NCBI GenBank assembly: GCA_963674865.2
Contig: CAXXYE010000009.1
Location: 832,001-896,000, forward strand
Length of the DNA stretch: 64,000 nt
Reading direction: 5' to 3'
Origin: Candidatus Hydrogenedentota bacterium
GTDB taxonomy: Bacteria; Hydrogenedentota; Hydrogenedentia; Hydrogenedentales; SLHB01
The notes under the pieces were generated by a model. That model was not told the DNA's origin and did not search any database. It saw only the letters and a list, made by a program, of their open reading frames with translations. The stretch's first letter is position 1, and every line of letters starts with the position of its first letter. The translations under genes were made by a program, and so were the position numbers. Below, piece by piece: positions 30,742 to 41,195 of this stretch.

Positions 30742-31575
30742 ATGAAAGTCGGAATGTTGACCGCCCCGTTTGATAAAGAGGATTTCGAGACGGTACTCGA
30801 CTTCGCCGAGGAGTCGGCGATCCCATGTCTCGAAGTCATTGCCCAGCCCGGCAGCAAGCACATTGACCCTGCCCGGTTGACGGCCGCCAAAACCGCGAAG
30901 ATCCGTGATGCCGTCGGTGAGCGCGGCCTCGAAATATCGGGCCTCGCCTACTACAGCACGAGCATCACGAATCCCAAGAAAGTCAAACAAGTCCAGGCCC
31001 ATGCCAAGAAGACCATCGACGCGGCCGCCGCGCTCGGCGTGTCTACCGTTTGCATGCTTGCGGGCGCACCCGCCGAGGGCATGAACAAGATCGAGACGAT
31101 CAAGAAGGTTCTTCCCAAGGCGTTCCGGCCCGTGCTTACGCACGCCCGCAAGAAGAAGATAAACATCGCTCTCGAGAACTGGTTCGCCACCTGTCTTCAG
31201 GGCGTCAATACCTTCGAGTGCCTTTTCGAAGCCATCCCGGACGCCAATTTCGGACTCAACTACGACCCGTCCCACCTGTACCATCAGGAATGCGACTATC
31301 TGCTGCCCGTGTCCATGTTTGCCGGGCGGATCTTTCACACCCACGCGAAAGACACGCTCGTCGACAAGGCCAAGCGCGCCAACATCGGGATCTACGCGGA
31401 TGGCTGGTGGCGCTATGTTATCCCCGGCTTCGGCAATATCAACTGGGGCGAGTACATCACGCATCTGCGGATGAACGGCTACGACGGCGTTCTCAGCATC
31501 GAACACGAAGACGGCACCCAAACGCGCGAAGAGGGTTTCCTTCGCGGCGCGTGGTTCCTCGAACAGTTCTGCTGA
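30742..31575 (+). CDS. Sugar phosphate isomerase/epimerase (IolE/xylose isomerase-like)
   Basis: ALEN, GLNYDPSH, HTHAKD, PGFG.INW and SIEHED motifs. Confidence 0.9.
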   Translation: MKVGMLTAPFDKEDFETVLDFAEESAIPCLEVIAQPGSKHIDPARLTAAKTAKIRDAVGERGLEISGLAYYSTSITNPKKVKQVQAHAKKTIDAAAALGVSTVCMLAGAPAEGMNKIETIKKVLPKAFRPVLTHARKKKINIALENWFATCLQGVNTFECLFEAIPDANFGLNYDPSHLYHQECDYLLPVSMFAGRIFHTHAKDTLVDKAKRANIGIYADGWWRYVIPGFGNINWGEYITHLRMNGYDGVLSIEHEDGTQTREEGFLRGAWFLEQFC

Positions 31576-31609
31576 GAAAGCGTACCTCGGGCCACCGGAA
31601 GACACTGCT

Positions 31610-33091
31610 GTGGAGCCTTTGGCCGGCAAGAATGAGTCCTTGGGCCGCGACCTTGCCCTTTTCGTCACGGCGGCTTTCCTGTTCCGCGCCGGATTCTGGA
31701 TGGCCATGCCGCGCGTCCTCGATACGGCGGATGCCATTCACTATCTCGACGTGGCCAAGGCCCTTCTCGCGTGCGATTTCTTCGGCTATGAGGCTCGGAT
31801 CCCGACGCTGTTCCCGGCGCTGACGGCGCTGGTTCACTTGGCCGTTCCCGACATCGAGGTCGCTGCGCGGCTTGTGTCGCTCGCGGCGTCCACGCTGCTG
31901 GTTATCCCTGTGTATCAGCTCTCGCGGGAGTTGCACGGCCGGCCCGCCGCCGTGCTCTCGGCAATCACGATATCGATCTGGCCGTGGCTTGCGGACTACG
32001 GTTGCCGGGTCGGCCCCGATGCCCTCGGATGCACTTTGTGGTTTTCAGCTGTGTGGCTATTCGTGTGCGGACTCCGTCGCAACTGGCTGTGGATGCTGCC
32101 TGCGGCGGCTGCGTTCTTCGCCTTGCACCTTGCGAGAAACGAGGGCACCTACATCTGGCTCGCGGCCTTACCGGCCGCGCTCATCATCTGCGGGAAGAAG
32201 GATCGCCGCCGGTTGTTGGCGTTGTTGCCGTTTGCTCTCGTTTCGGCCGGGCTGTTGCTGCTCTACGCGGCATACATGAAGCGCGTGGTGGGGACGGCCA
32301 CTGTCAGCTATCCTTCTACGTATATGATCGAGACGCACCTGGCCGCCCACAAGGAGATCGCCAAGACTTTCTTGAAGCTGTTCGGTGAAGCGATTCCCGT
32401 CATGCTTGGGCCGGTGCTACTGCTCTTCGCAGGGGTAGGTTTCTTCGAGCGTTCGGAGGAGCAGCCACGTGACATGCGCCTGGAGTCGGCGGTTCTGTTC
32501 TTTGCCGCGGCGCAGTTCTCCTTGGCCGTGCTTAACCTGAGCCCCGCACCCCGGTACGTTATGGCGTTGATCATAGTCGTGAGCCTGTGGTCGGCCCGAG
32601 GGATGGCTCACGTATCGACGCAGCTTCGCGCGGCTACGCAGTCGCGGGTCGTGGCTGCGCTTCCGGTGGCCGCGCTGATTGCCGTGATGATGCTCGGCAC
32701 CGCTGTGGCGCTCGCAACGGAGCATATGGGGGAGCGCCCTCGAGAGCCGCGCGAGTACAAGGAGGCGGGCCTGTGGATGAAGACGCATCTGGAACCCGGC
32801 CCGATCGTGTCGCGCAAGCCACAGGTGGGATTCTACGCCGGCATGACGACTGTCGGCGTCCCTGCCGATGGCTCGCTTCCGGAGATCATCGCCTGGGGAA
32901 GGGAAGTGGGCGCGCGCTATCTCGTTGTCGACGAACGCTACACGGCACAATTGGTGCCTGCTCTGCGCGCCCTTCTTAATCCGCCTGACGCACCGCAGGA
33001 CCTCAGCTTGTTATATGATGCGACGCCTTATCCGGCCGCGCGCGTGGTGGTTTATGAAATCCTGCGCGTCGGGGAAGAAGCCGGCCCGTGA
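31610..33091 (+). CDS. GT-C membrane glycosyltransferase (GT39/ArnT-like)
   Basis: D...Y after TM1, P.L.P.L, many TM helices, R.EG, PRY, C-terminal periplasmic domain. Confidence 0.78.
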   Translation: MEPLAGKNESLGRDLALFVTAAFLFRAGFWMAMPRVLDTADAIHYLDVAKALLACDFFGYEARIPTLFPALTALVHLAVPDIEVAARLVSLAASTLLVIPVYQLSRELHGRPAAVLSAITISIWPWLADYGCRVGPDALGCTLWFSAVWLFVCGLRRNWLWMLPAAAAFFALHLARNEGTYIWLAALPAALIICGKKDRRRLLALLPFALVSAGLLLLYAAYMKRVVGTATVSYPSTYMIETHLAAHKEIAKTFLKLFGEAIPVMLGPVLLLFAGVGFFERSEEQPRDMRLESAVLFFAAAQFSLAVLNLSPAPRYVMALIIVVSLWSARGMAHVSTQLRAATQSRVVAALPVAALIAVMMLGTAVALATEHMGERPREPREYKEAGLWMKTHLEPGPIVSRKPQVGFYAGMTTVGVPADGSLPEIIAWGREVGARYLVVDERYTAQLVPALRALLNPPDAPQDLSLLYDATPYPAARVVVYEILRVGEEAGP

Positions 33092-33978
33092 CGGGCGCAG
33101 ATGGCACGCGCACACTTGTGGTCCACCTCGGTGGCATTGGTGATTTTCTCCTAGTGTGCCCAACGCTGCCGGCCCTCGGAGAGGGGGGGACCGTCGAGCT
33201 TGTGGGCCGGCGAGAACGGCTAAATCTCGCTGTCGCGGGCAACCTGGCCCGCGCCGTGCACGACGCCGACGCCGTCGATCTTCATACGCTCTTCTCGGAG
33301 CCGAGCGAGCGCCTTCGCTCATTTCTGGCGCGCTTCGAACGTGTGGTGGCCTGGGTGCGGGATGAGGGCGGCGTCGAGAGCGCGCTGCGCGGCTGTGGCA
33401 TCACGGACGTCCAAGTCTTCCCGGGGCTGCCGCCCGAAGACTGGACACGGCACGCCACGGAGTACTACCTCGACAGTCTCGGCCTCGCGGCTGTCCCGCC
33501 GCTTTGCCTTGCGATCCCTCCCGGCGAAACGCCCTACGATGTCGTCATCCATCCCGGCAGCGGCGGGCAGCGCAAGAACTGGCCCACTGGACTCTTCTTT
33601 GAGCTCGCAGATGCTCTCGAAGTCCGCGGGCGCTGCGTCACTTGGTGCCTTGGGCCTGCCGAGGAGGAGCTGCGCTTGCCGAACGGCGCGTCGGTGCTTC
33701 GCGAGCATTCCCTGGCCGCCTTGGCCGGGGAACTCGCCGCCGCGCGCGTCTATGTCGGCAACGACAGCGGCGTTACGCACCTCGCCGCTGCGGCGGGGTG
33801 CTCCACCATCGCGATCTTTGGGCCAACGGAGCCGCGGATCTGGGCGCCTCGCGGGGATCACGTGACGGTCGTCCAGGGAAGTCCTTGGCCGCGAGTTCAG
33901 GATGTGATCGATGTCGTGTTACAATCCGGCCTCACGTCGCACTCATCAAGTCAATCCACGCAAGAGGAGAAGCATTAG
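33088..33978 (+). CDS. Glycosyltransferase family 9 (heptosyltransferase-like)
   Basis: GGIGDF, IHPGSG...KNWP, VGNDSG.THLA and IFGPT motifs. Confidence 0.9.
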   Translation: MTGADGTRTLVVHLGGIGDFLLVCPTLPALGEGGTVELVGRRERLNLAVAGNLARAVHDADAVDLHTLFSEPSERLRSFLARFERVVAWVRDEGGVESALRGCGITDVQVFPGLPPEDWTRHATEYYLDSLGLAAVPPLCLAIPPGETPYDVVIHPGSGGQRKNWPTGLFFELADALEVRGRCVTWCLGPAEEELRLPNGASVLREHSLAALAGELAAARVYVGNDSGVTHLAAAAGCSTIAIFGPTEPRIWAPRGDHVTVVQGSPWPRVQDVIDVVLQSGLTSHSSSQSTQEEKH

Positions 33979-33980
33979 GC

Positions 33981-35087
33981 ATGGACGGACCGCGCACATT
34001 GAAGTCAGGGGAGATGGCCTCGCTGGGCCGGCTTGTGAATATCGTGTTCCAGGGCAAAGAAGACGGTTCGATGCTGCGCTGGTTCCCGACACTGTTCAGT
34101 GAGAAGAACCTGGATAACCTCTTCGTCTTCGCGGATGGAGACAGGATCGTTAGCCACGTTGGAATGACACGCCGCTGGGCCTCCATCGCCGGGTGCACCA
34201 TTCGTGTGGTTTGTATCGGCGCCGTGGCCACCTACGAAGAATACCGGGGCAAGGGCCTGGCCACGCAGCTCCTGGAGCTGGCCTGCAAGGAGGCTATCGA
34301 CGACGGCGTCGACTTCATGCTCATTTCCGGCGGCCGGGGCATGTACCGCCGGGCCGGGGCGGCCGACGTGGGCGCCGATTGCCGTGCCGCGCTCACCCCC
34401 GAGCTGGCGGGCAGCCTGCGTACCGGGGACGTCAGTGTGAGGGACTTCGTCGACACGGACTTGCCGGATTGCGTCGCTGCCTATCGTAAGAAGACCACCC
34501 ACTTCATCCGGCCTGCGGATGACTGGGAGGGATTGCTGCGCAACCGGTGTTGCGCCTGCAAGGATATTGACCTCGCGGTTGTGGAAAGGGGCGGATGCTT
34601 CTCCGGCTATATGGTTCTCGGCAAGCCGGACAAGGACGGCGAGAGCGCCGTCGTCGAATTTGCGGGTGAGGAGAGTGCGCTTGCCGCCGCGCTTGCACCG
34701 GCGCTGGAGCGCTACGGCGCCGCGCGGATACGGCTGCACTTGCAGGACTCGAATGCGTTCTTGAAGGCTGCGTTTGAACGGGCGGGGGCGGCTTTCGATT
34801 CTGCGAAGAGTCCGGGGACGTTACTGGTTCTCAACTTCCCGCAACTCACGCGGCGGCTTCGCCCGTTCATCCAGGAGCAGGTCGGCATCGCGTGTGAACG
34901 GGCACTGAGCTTCGAGGAGCAAGACGGGAAGTACTCGTTCTCCGATGGGCAAGAAACGTGCTTTGTCGATGGCAAGATGGCCGCGGCCGAGTTCCTTTTT
35001 GGCCAATCGGAGGCCCGGCCGACAAGCGGCCCGTTGGCAAAGGCATTCCCCGTGCCCACCCTTATCTACGGCGTGAACTACATCTAG
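33981..35087 (+). CDS. GNAT N-acetyltransferase (Eis-like, tandem GNAT)
   Basis: IGAVAT..EYRGKGLAT; start reassigned to ATG 33981 (GAGGAG). Confidence 0.85.
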   Translation: MDGPRTLKSGEMASLGRLVNIVFQGKEDGSMLRWFPTLFSEKNLDNLFVFADGDRIVSHVGMTRRWASIAGCTIRVVCIGAVATYEEYRGKGLATQLLELACKEAIDDGVDFMLISGGRGMYRRAGAADVGADCRAALTPELAGSLRTGDVSVRDFVDTDLPDCVAAYRKKTTHFIRPADDWEGLLRNRCCACKDIDLAVVERGGCFSGYMVLGKPDKDGESAVVEFAGEESALAAALAPALERYGAARIRLHLQDSNAFLKAAFERAGAAFDSAKSPGTLLVLNFPQLTRRLRPFIQEQVGIACERALSFEEQDGKYSFSDGQETCFVDGKMAAAEFLFGQSEARPTSGPLAKAFPVPTLIYGVNYI

Positions 35088-35142
35088 AAGTCCGGCCTGA
35101 AACGACGCCGGTTGCCGGGCGATTGCGGCCTGCCGTCGTTCG

Positions 35143-35171
35143 TTGACAACGGCAAAGCAGCCTCGTATGCT
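35143..35171 (+). promoter_or_regulatory. Sigma70 promoter, probably producing a leaderless mRNA
   Basis: TTGACA-17-TATGCT, ending 7 nt before ATG 35179. Confidence 0.75.
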
Positions 35172-35178
35172 GAAATCA

Positions 35179-35502
35179 ATGGATGATGCGAGGCTAAGGA
35201 ATCGTGTGCGCGAGTTGCGGACGCGCCTGAAGATGCGCCAGTCCGACTTGGCGCACGAGGCGGGCGTGACGCGGCAAACCATCATTGCCATTGAGAAAGA
35301 CCGCCTGAATCCCTCCGTAGTCGTGGCGTTACAAGTTGCCCGGGCGCTTCGGGAGCCTCTTGACTACGTGTTCTATCTGGGGCCGCCCGCCTCCGTCCCC
35401 GAAGCGCCGGCCTTCTCTGCCACAGCCGCGCCCGCCGAAGGCGCGGATGAGACTACTGAAGGCACGGGCGAGCAGCCACAGGCCGTGTGGGACTTTCTAT
35501 AG
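35179..35502 (+). CDS. XRE-family helix-turn-helix transcriptional regulator
   Basis: NRVRELR...QSDLA...GVTRQTIIAIE...NPS...AL. Confidence 0.9.
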   Translation: MDDARLRNRVRELRTRLKMRQSDLAHEAGVTRQTIIAIEKDRLNPSVVVALQVARALREPLDYVFYLGPPASVPEAPAFSATAAPAEGADETTEGTGEQPQAVWDFL

Positions 35503-35535
35503 GGCGGCCCCGGGCCGTTCCTCTCCGCAGGATCT

Positions 35536-36798
35536 CTACCGGATTCGTGCCCAAGACCGATCCAGGATACCGAAGGCTTCGTCGATTTCGTCGCGTGTGA
35601 TAACGAGCGGGGGGCTCACTCGAAGCACTTTGCCCGCCAGCGGCCCGAGGAAGTGCACGCCGCGCTTGCCGATGCCGCGATAGGCCTCGAGGACGCAGCG
35701 ATTGGCGATTTCATCGTCGGCCATCTCAACGCCGTACACCAGGCCTTCCCCGCGTACATCCTTGACGAAGGGGAACTTATCCGCAAGGGCCTCAAGCCTC
35801 TTGCGCATGATCTTCGCCATTTTCCGGCAATTCTGGACGACTTTTTCCTTCTTGAAGACATCGAGCGTGGCGCAGACGGCGGCGCACGCCTGAGGCGTTG
35901 CGCTGAAGGTATCCGAGGCCTCGCCGTAGTTGAGCGAGTCGATAAGATCGGCTCTGCCCACCACGGCGGCGGCCGGAACGCCGTTTGCGAGGCCCTTACC
36001 GAGTACGACGAGGTCCGGCTGGACTTCATAGGACTCGAAGGCGTACATGTTGCCCGTGCGGCCGTGGCACGACTGCACCTCGTCGAAGATGAAAGCAGCG
36101 TCAAGCTTCTCACACCACGCTTGGAGCATTTGGTGATACCACTTCGGCGGATGAAACGAGCCCTTAGCGCCCAGGTACGGCTCGGTGACTACCAGCGCAA
36201 TCTGCCCGGGGTGCTTCTTTGCCAACGCGTCGAGTTCCGCTTGGTAGAAGGACTTCGGCCGGTTCTCCTGCATGGGGAATGAGATCCACCGCACATTGCG
36301 GTTGGCGCTCTTCTCCCCGGTTACATCGCCCGCGAGTCCTTTCTTGCCGTGAAATCCGCCGCGTGTAGCCACGATGATCTTTCGTTCGGGATGCCGGTGT
36401 TGGGCGGCCCAGATGGCTTTCTGGATGCCTTCAGATCCGCTTGCGGCCCAGAGTATCTTCTGGGCTTTCGGCGATTTCATGCTCTTGACGATGCGCTCGG
36501 ACGCCTCGACTTCGATGGGCACCACCATGTTGTAGGCGTTCAGGGGCAGGCCCTTGCCATACGCGCTCAGCAGCTTCTCGAAAAGAGGATGGGCGTGTCC
36601 AAGATTGGTAACCAGCACGCCGGATGTGAAATCGATCAGTTTCTTTCCGTCTACGCTCCAGATGTAGCATCCCTTGGCCTTCTTCAAGACCACCTGCGTT
36701 GGCGTATAGGTTCTCAGGCCTCGCCCGGACACGTTTACAAGCCGTTGACGGACGGCGTTTGCGTTAGTTTCTCCCTTGTGTTTGATCACGGCCGGCAC
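35536..36798 (-). CDS. Class III PLP-dependent aminotransferase
   Basis: DFTSG...NLGH, FHG, DEVQ...GRTG, PD...LGKG, DVRGEG; GTG start at 36798 after AAGGAGG. Confidence 0.9.
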   Translation of the reverse strand: MPAVIKHKGETNANAVRQRLVNVSGRGLRTYTPTQVVLKKAKGCYIWSVDGKKLIDFTSGVLVTNLGHAHPLFEKLLSAYGKGLPLNAYNMVVPIEVEASERIVKSMKSPKAQKILWAASGSEGIQKAIWAAQHRHPERKIIVATRGGFHGKKGLAGDVTGEKSANRNVRWISFPMQENRPKSFYQAELDALAKKHPGQIALVVTEPYLGAKGSFHPPKWYHQMLQAWCEKLDAAFIFDEVQSCHGRTGNMYAFESYEVQPDLVVLGKGLANGVPAAAVVGRADLIDSLNYGEASDTFSATPQACAAVCATLDVFKKEKVVQNCRKMAKIMRKRLEALADKFPFVKDVRGEGLVYGVEMADDEIANRCVLEAYRGIGKRGVHFLGPLAGKVLRVSPPLVITRDEIDEAFGILDRSWARIR

Positions 36799-37033
36799 GA
36801 CAAATCCTCCTTTGTGTGAGAGTGAGGCCCCATCCGGATGAAGCAGCGCACGCGGCGCGCCCCGGCTCATAATGTAGCGAAAACCTACGGCCCTCCTCAA
36901 CCAGGCGGCGATCTGGATTCTGGCACCAAGGACACGCGCTGTGAGAAGGCCCTTTTCGGCCCGGGTCGTTTCCGCGCCGAGGGACTTGCCCAAGGCAGCG
37001 GATGGCATCAGCAGGAAGGGCGCGGCGAGCTAT

Positions 37034-37063
37034 TTGACTTAAGCAACGTGTATAGGCTAATCT
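37034..37063 (+). promoter_or_regulatory. Candidate rpsD promoter
   Basis: TTGACT-18-TAATCT. Confidence 0.5.
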
Positions 37064-37189
37064 TCTCGGGTTTGCAAGCTCTTGGCGGCTCTTCTGTTCG
37101 TGGAGAGTCGCGTACTTTCTGCTAATGAGCCGGCCGCACGCCGTGCGCGTAGTCGTGTTGGCGCGAGGAAGGAAGAGGATCCAGAACGG

Positions 37190-37798
37190 ATGGCGAGAAA
37201 GCTAGGACCGAAACACAAGCTGTGCAGGCGTTTGGGCGAGTGCATATGGGGCAGCCCGAAGTGCCCGTCGATCAAGCGGCCGTTTGCGCCGGGGCAACAT
37301 GGGCAAAACATGCGGCGGAAGATGTCCGTTTACGGGCAGCAATTGCTCGATAAGCAGCGAATCCAGACGCATTACGGCCTATTGGAACGCCAGATGCGGC
37401 GCACTTTTGAGCGGGCGCAGCGCATGGGCGGCGTGACCGGAACGAATCTGCTGATGCTTCTGGAATCGCGGCTGGACGCGATCATCTACCGGTTTGGATT
37501 TGCTCCGACAATGTGCTCGGCGCGGCAGTTGGTGGGCCACGGGCATGTGCAGGTGGACGGCCGTAAGGTGAATAAGCCTAGCTTCCAGGTCAAGTCCGGC
37601 ATGACGGTGAGCATTCGCGAGAAGAGCCGCAAGGTTCCGATGATCGTCGCTGGTGCAGAGAATCCACCTGCGCAATTGCCTGAGTATCTCGAGCGGGCCG
37701 ATGGCGCGTTTGAGGGGAAGATGGTCGCAGAGCCGAATCTCGAGACTATCCCATTCAAGGCGGAGACGGCGGGGGTCATTGGTTTCTACTCGCGCTGA
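37190..37798 (+). CDS. rpsD: 30S ribosomal protein S4
   Basis: MAR..GP..KLCRR, PGQHG, YG.QL, LESRLD, ARQLV.HGH, FYSR end. Confidence 0.97.
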   Translation: MARKLGPKHKLCRRLGECIWGSPKCPSIKRPFAPGQHGQNMRRKMSVYGQQLLDKQRIQTHYGLLERQMRRTFERAQRMGGVTGTNLLMLLESRLDAIIYRFGFAPTMCSARQLVGHGHVQVDGRKVNKPSFQVKSGMTVSIREKSRKVPMIVAGAENPPAQLPEYLERADGAFEGKMVAEPNLETIPFKAETAGVIGFYSR

Positions 37799-37818
37799 CG
37801 CATAGACGCCGTTTTACC

Positions 37819-37854
37819 CGGGCGGGCCGTTCCTTTTCGAGCCCGCCCGTTTCT
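37819..37854 (+). terminator. Intrinsic terminator after rpsD
   Basis: CGGGCGGGC-N13-GCCCGCCCG followed by TTTCT. Confidence 0.6.
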
Positions 37855-37889
37855 GTGTCTGCCGGGGGTCGAGGCGAGACGCGGTGCCG

Positions 37890-40800
37890 ATGCAACTGCC
37901 ACAACTGAAGATAATCGATGCGCTTGCAGCTGCGTTGTCCGGCGGCGAGGGGCGCCGGGCGGAGGTCGTGGGGCCGTGGGGGTCCGCCAAGGCGCTGGTC
38001 GCGGCGCAGGTGGCGGAGGCGCTGGGACGCTCCCTTCTTTTCATTACGTCAGGCCGTATCGAGTCCGAGTCTGCGCATGATGATCTTGTGACGTTTGCGG
38101 GCCAGGAGTCGTGCGCCCTTTTCCCGGCGTGGGAAGTCCTGCCTGGCGACAAGATGAATCCGTGTGACGACATCGTCGCGGAGCGGATGCACACGCTGGA
38201 GAACCTAGCGACGGCCGGTGGGCGGCCTTGGCGCGTGGCGGCGCCGATCCGATCGGTAATGCAGCATGTGATCGACCGGGATAAGTTGAACCGGGACGTG
38301 GTAACGCTTGCCGTGGACGACGACCACGACCTGGAAGACCTGATCGCCCGCCTTGTCAGGATGGGCTACCGCCGTGATCTGATGGTCGAGCAGCGCGGGG
38401 AGATGAGCGTCCGCGGGGGCATCTTTGATGTCTTTCCCATTTCGGGGGAATTGCCTTACCGCGTCGAATTCTTCGGGGATACCATCGAATCGATTCGTCG
38501 TTTTGAGCCGGAGACGCAGCGGAGCGTCGAGCAGGTCACGTCGTTTCGGATCTTGCCGTACTCGGAGAAAGCGTTACTCGCCGCGGCATCGAGCGAAGAC
38601 GACGTGCGGCCGCTTCTCTTGGACTACTTCCCAAAGGATACGGTGGTCGTGCTGGATGAGCCGGTGGCCGTGGCCGAAGAGGCGGTGAGGCTGACGGAGC
38701 AGTTTGGAGAAAGTCCTTTCTTCGCGACGTGGGACAAGGTGCTATCGCGCGCGGCCGAATTCCCTCGACTCTCGGCGGCGCAGATTGGGCATGATCCCGA
38801 GCCGGAGACGCCTCGGCTCACGGCCGCTATGCGTTCGATGACGGGGTGGGCGGGCGACCAGGAAGGTTTCTGGGACCAGCTCACGCGTTGGGAGGCCGAC
38901 GGCTATACCGTGGCGCTCTTGTGCAACAATCCGGGGGAGCGGCAGCGGCTCTACGAATTGCTGGAGGAGCGTGGCCACCGGCCCGGACAGGGGCCGTTTG
39001 ATCTTCGGGTGGACATTGGGCGTCTGCACGCCGGCTTTGTGTCGCCGGAGGATCGTCTGGCGGTTCTGAGCGAACGGGAGATCTTCGGGCGGCATTATGT
39101 GCGGCGCGTCCGGCGGCGTTTTGAGGCGGGCAGCGCCATCACGACGTTCAGCGAGTTGAAGCCGGGGGATTATGTCGTGCATATGGCGCACGGTATCGGC
39201 CGGTACCTGGGCTTGCGGCGTTTCTCGGGGAAAGCGGGAGATTTCCTTGGGATCCAATACGCCGCCGGCGACAAAATCTATGTCCCGGTGACGCACATCG
39301 ACACCGTGCAGAAGTACTCGGGCGGGGATAGTTCCCGGCCTAAGGTGGACAAGCTGGGCGGCGCCACCTGGGCTCGCACGAAGGCGCGCGTCAAGAAGGC
39401 GGTACGCGATATGACGGAGGAGCTCCTGCGGCTCTACGCGGCGAGGCAGAGCCAGCAGGGACACGCCTTCAGCGGGGACACCCCCTGGCAGCGGGAGTTC
39501 GAGGACGCCTTTGAATACGATGAAACGCCCGACCAGGCACGGGCGATTATCGAGGCGAAGCGGGACATGGAGTCGCCGAGGCCCATGGATCGCCTGATCT
39601 GCGGCGACGTGGGATTCGGTAAGACGGAAGTGGCGCTTCGGGCGGCCTTCAAGGCGGTCATGGATAACAGACAGGTGGCCGTACTCGTGCCCACGACCGT
39701 GCTCGCTCAGCAGCACTTCGCGACGTTCTCGGAGCGGTTGGCTGATTATCCCGTCACGGTGGAAGTCCTGAGCCGCTTCCGAAGTGCCGCACAGCAGAAG
39801 CAGACGGTGGAGCGCTTGAAGTCGGGCGAGGTGGATATTATTGTTGGCACGCACCGGCTGACCTCGAAGGATATCCATTTCAAGGATCTTGGCCTGGTGA
39901 TCATCGATGAAGAGCAGCACTTCGGCGTGGCGCAGAAGGAGCGATTGAAGAAGCTGCGAACGCTGGTGGACGTGATCACCATGACGGCCACACCCATCCC
40001 GCGAACACTGCACTTATCGCTGATGGGCGCGCGCGACATGAGCATCATCAACACGGCGCCCAATGATCGGCTGCCCATTCACACGTGTATCGAGGTTTTC
40101 GACGCTACGCTCATTCGCGAAGCCATTGAGCGTGAGCTTGCGAGGGATGGGCAGGTGTTCTTCGTGCACAACCGCGTGCAATCAATCGCGAGCGTAGCGA
40201 ATGTAGTCCGAGAATTGACGCCGCATGGGCGCGTGGCGATAGCCCATGGGCAAATGCCTGAGCGGGACCTCGCCGAGGTGATGAGCGCGTTTATCCGCCG
40301 GGAGATTGATGTGCTTGTGTGTACAACGATTATCGGCTCCGGCCTCGATATACCGAACGCGAATACGATTATCATCAACCGGGCTGATCGATTCGGCTTG
40401 GCGGAGTTGTACCAATTGCGGGGCCGTGTCGGGCGCTATAAGCACCGGGCGTTTGCGTATCTCCTGGTGCCCGGCGACCGTGCTCTATCCGCGGACGCCC
40501 AGAAGCGGCTCAAAGCCCTCGAAGACTTCTCGACGCTGGGCGCGGGCTTCTCGGTGGCCATGCGGGACTTGGAGATCCGAGGCTCGGGCAATATCCTTGG
40601 CGCGGAACAGCACGGCTATATCGCGGCTGTGGGATATGACACCTATACGGACCTTGTGGCGGAAGCCGTGGCGGAACTTAAAGGGGAACCTGCGCGACGC
40701 CGCACGCTGCCGCCGGTCGATATCGCGGCGGATACACATATTCCGGAAGAGTATGTGGCCTCGGAGGCGCAGAAGATCACCCTCTACAAGCGTCTGGCCA

Positions 40801-41150
40801 GTGTGCAGAGCGTGGCCGAGGTGGAAGAACTCGCCGAGGAGTTGCGGGATCGCTTTGGCAAGCCGCCGGGGCCGGTGCGGCGTCTGATCGACGTGGTGCA
40901 CGTGCGCGCGCTTGGAGGTGATATCGGCGCGTCACGCGTAGCGGTCACGCGGGACAAGATTGTGATCACCTTCGAGTCGGCGCAGCTCTTCACCCGGAAG
41001 ACGCGGAACACGTTGGCTCACGCCTATGGCGAGGCGCTCAGCTTCGCGTGGCAGGAGCGTCCCGGCCTGACGCTGAAACTCGAACCGGCGCGTCCGGAGG
41101 AGCAACTCGAACCTGCGAAACGCCTGCTCAAGGCGTTGGCCGATCTGTAG
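37890..41150 (+). CDS. mfd: Transcription-repair coupling factor Mfd
   Basis: UvrB-like N-terminus (RGGIFD), RID (GDYVVH..HGIG), [29 protein letters not shown]-terminus. Confidence 0.98.
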   Translation: MQLPQLKIIDALAAALSGGEGRRAEVVGPWGSAKALVAAQVAEALGRSLLFITSGRIESESAHDDLVTFAGQESCALFPAWEVLPGDKMNPCDDIVAERMHTLENLATAGGRPWRVAAPIRSVMQHVIDRDKLNRDVVTLAVDDDHDLEDLIARLVRMGYRRDLMVEQRGEMSVRGGIFDVFPISGELPYRVEFFGDTIESIRRFEPETQRSVEQVTSFRILPYSEKALLAAASSEDDVRPLLLDYFPKDTVVVLDEPVAVAEEAVRLTEQFGESPFFATWDKVLSRAAEFPRLSAAQIGHDPEPETPRLTAAMRSMTGWAGDQEGFWDQLTRWEADGYTVALLCNNPGERQRLYELLEERGHRPGQGPFDLRVDIGRLHAGFVSPEDRLAVLSEREIFGRHYVRRVRRRFEAGSAITTFSELKPGDYVVHMAHGIGRYLGLRRFSGKAGDFLGIQYAAGDKIYVPVTHIDTVQKYSGGDSSRPKVDKLGGATWARTKARVKKAVRDMTEELLRLYAARQSQQGHAFSGDTPWQREFEDAFEYDETPDQARAIIEAKRDMESPRPMDRLICGDVGFGKTEVALRAAFKAVMDNRQVAVLVPTTVLAQQHFATFSERLADYPVTVEVLSRFRSAAQQKQTVERLKSGEVDIIVGTHRLTSKDIHFKDLGLVIIDEEQHFGVAQKERLKKLRTLVDVITMTATPIPRTLHLSLMGARDMSIINTAPNDRLPIHTCIEVFDATLIREAIERELARDGQVFFVHNRVQSIASVANVVRELTPHGRVAIAHGQMPERDLAEVMSAFIRREIDVLVCTTIIGSGLDIPNANTIIINRADRFGLAELYQLRGRVGRYKHRAFAYLLVPGDRALSADAQKRLKALEDFSTLGAGFSVAMRDLEIRGSGNILGAEQHGYIAAVGYDTYTDLVAEAVAELKGEPARRRTLPPVDIAADTHIPEEYVASEAQKITLYKRLASVQSVAEVEELAEELRDRFGKPPGPVRRLIDVVHVRALGGDIGASRVAVTRDKIVITFESAQLFTRKTRNTLAHAYGEALSFAWQERPGLTLKLEPARPEEQLEPAKRLLKALADL

Positions 41151-41176
41151 GACAGCCGCACGTCCGCGGGCGGGTG

Positions 41177-41185
41177 TGCTATACT
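41177..41185 (+). promoter_or_regulatory. Extended -10 element close to the ABC exporter start codon
   Basis: TGcTATACT ends 10 nt before ATG 41196; no SD. Confidence 0.55.
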
Positions 41186-41195
41186 GGCTTGTGTT

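Noticed and set aside
39900..39930. Mfd motif II read as DEEQHFG
   Set aside because: It falls within normal Mfd variation and all other helicase motifs are intact.
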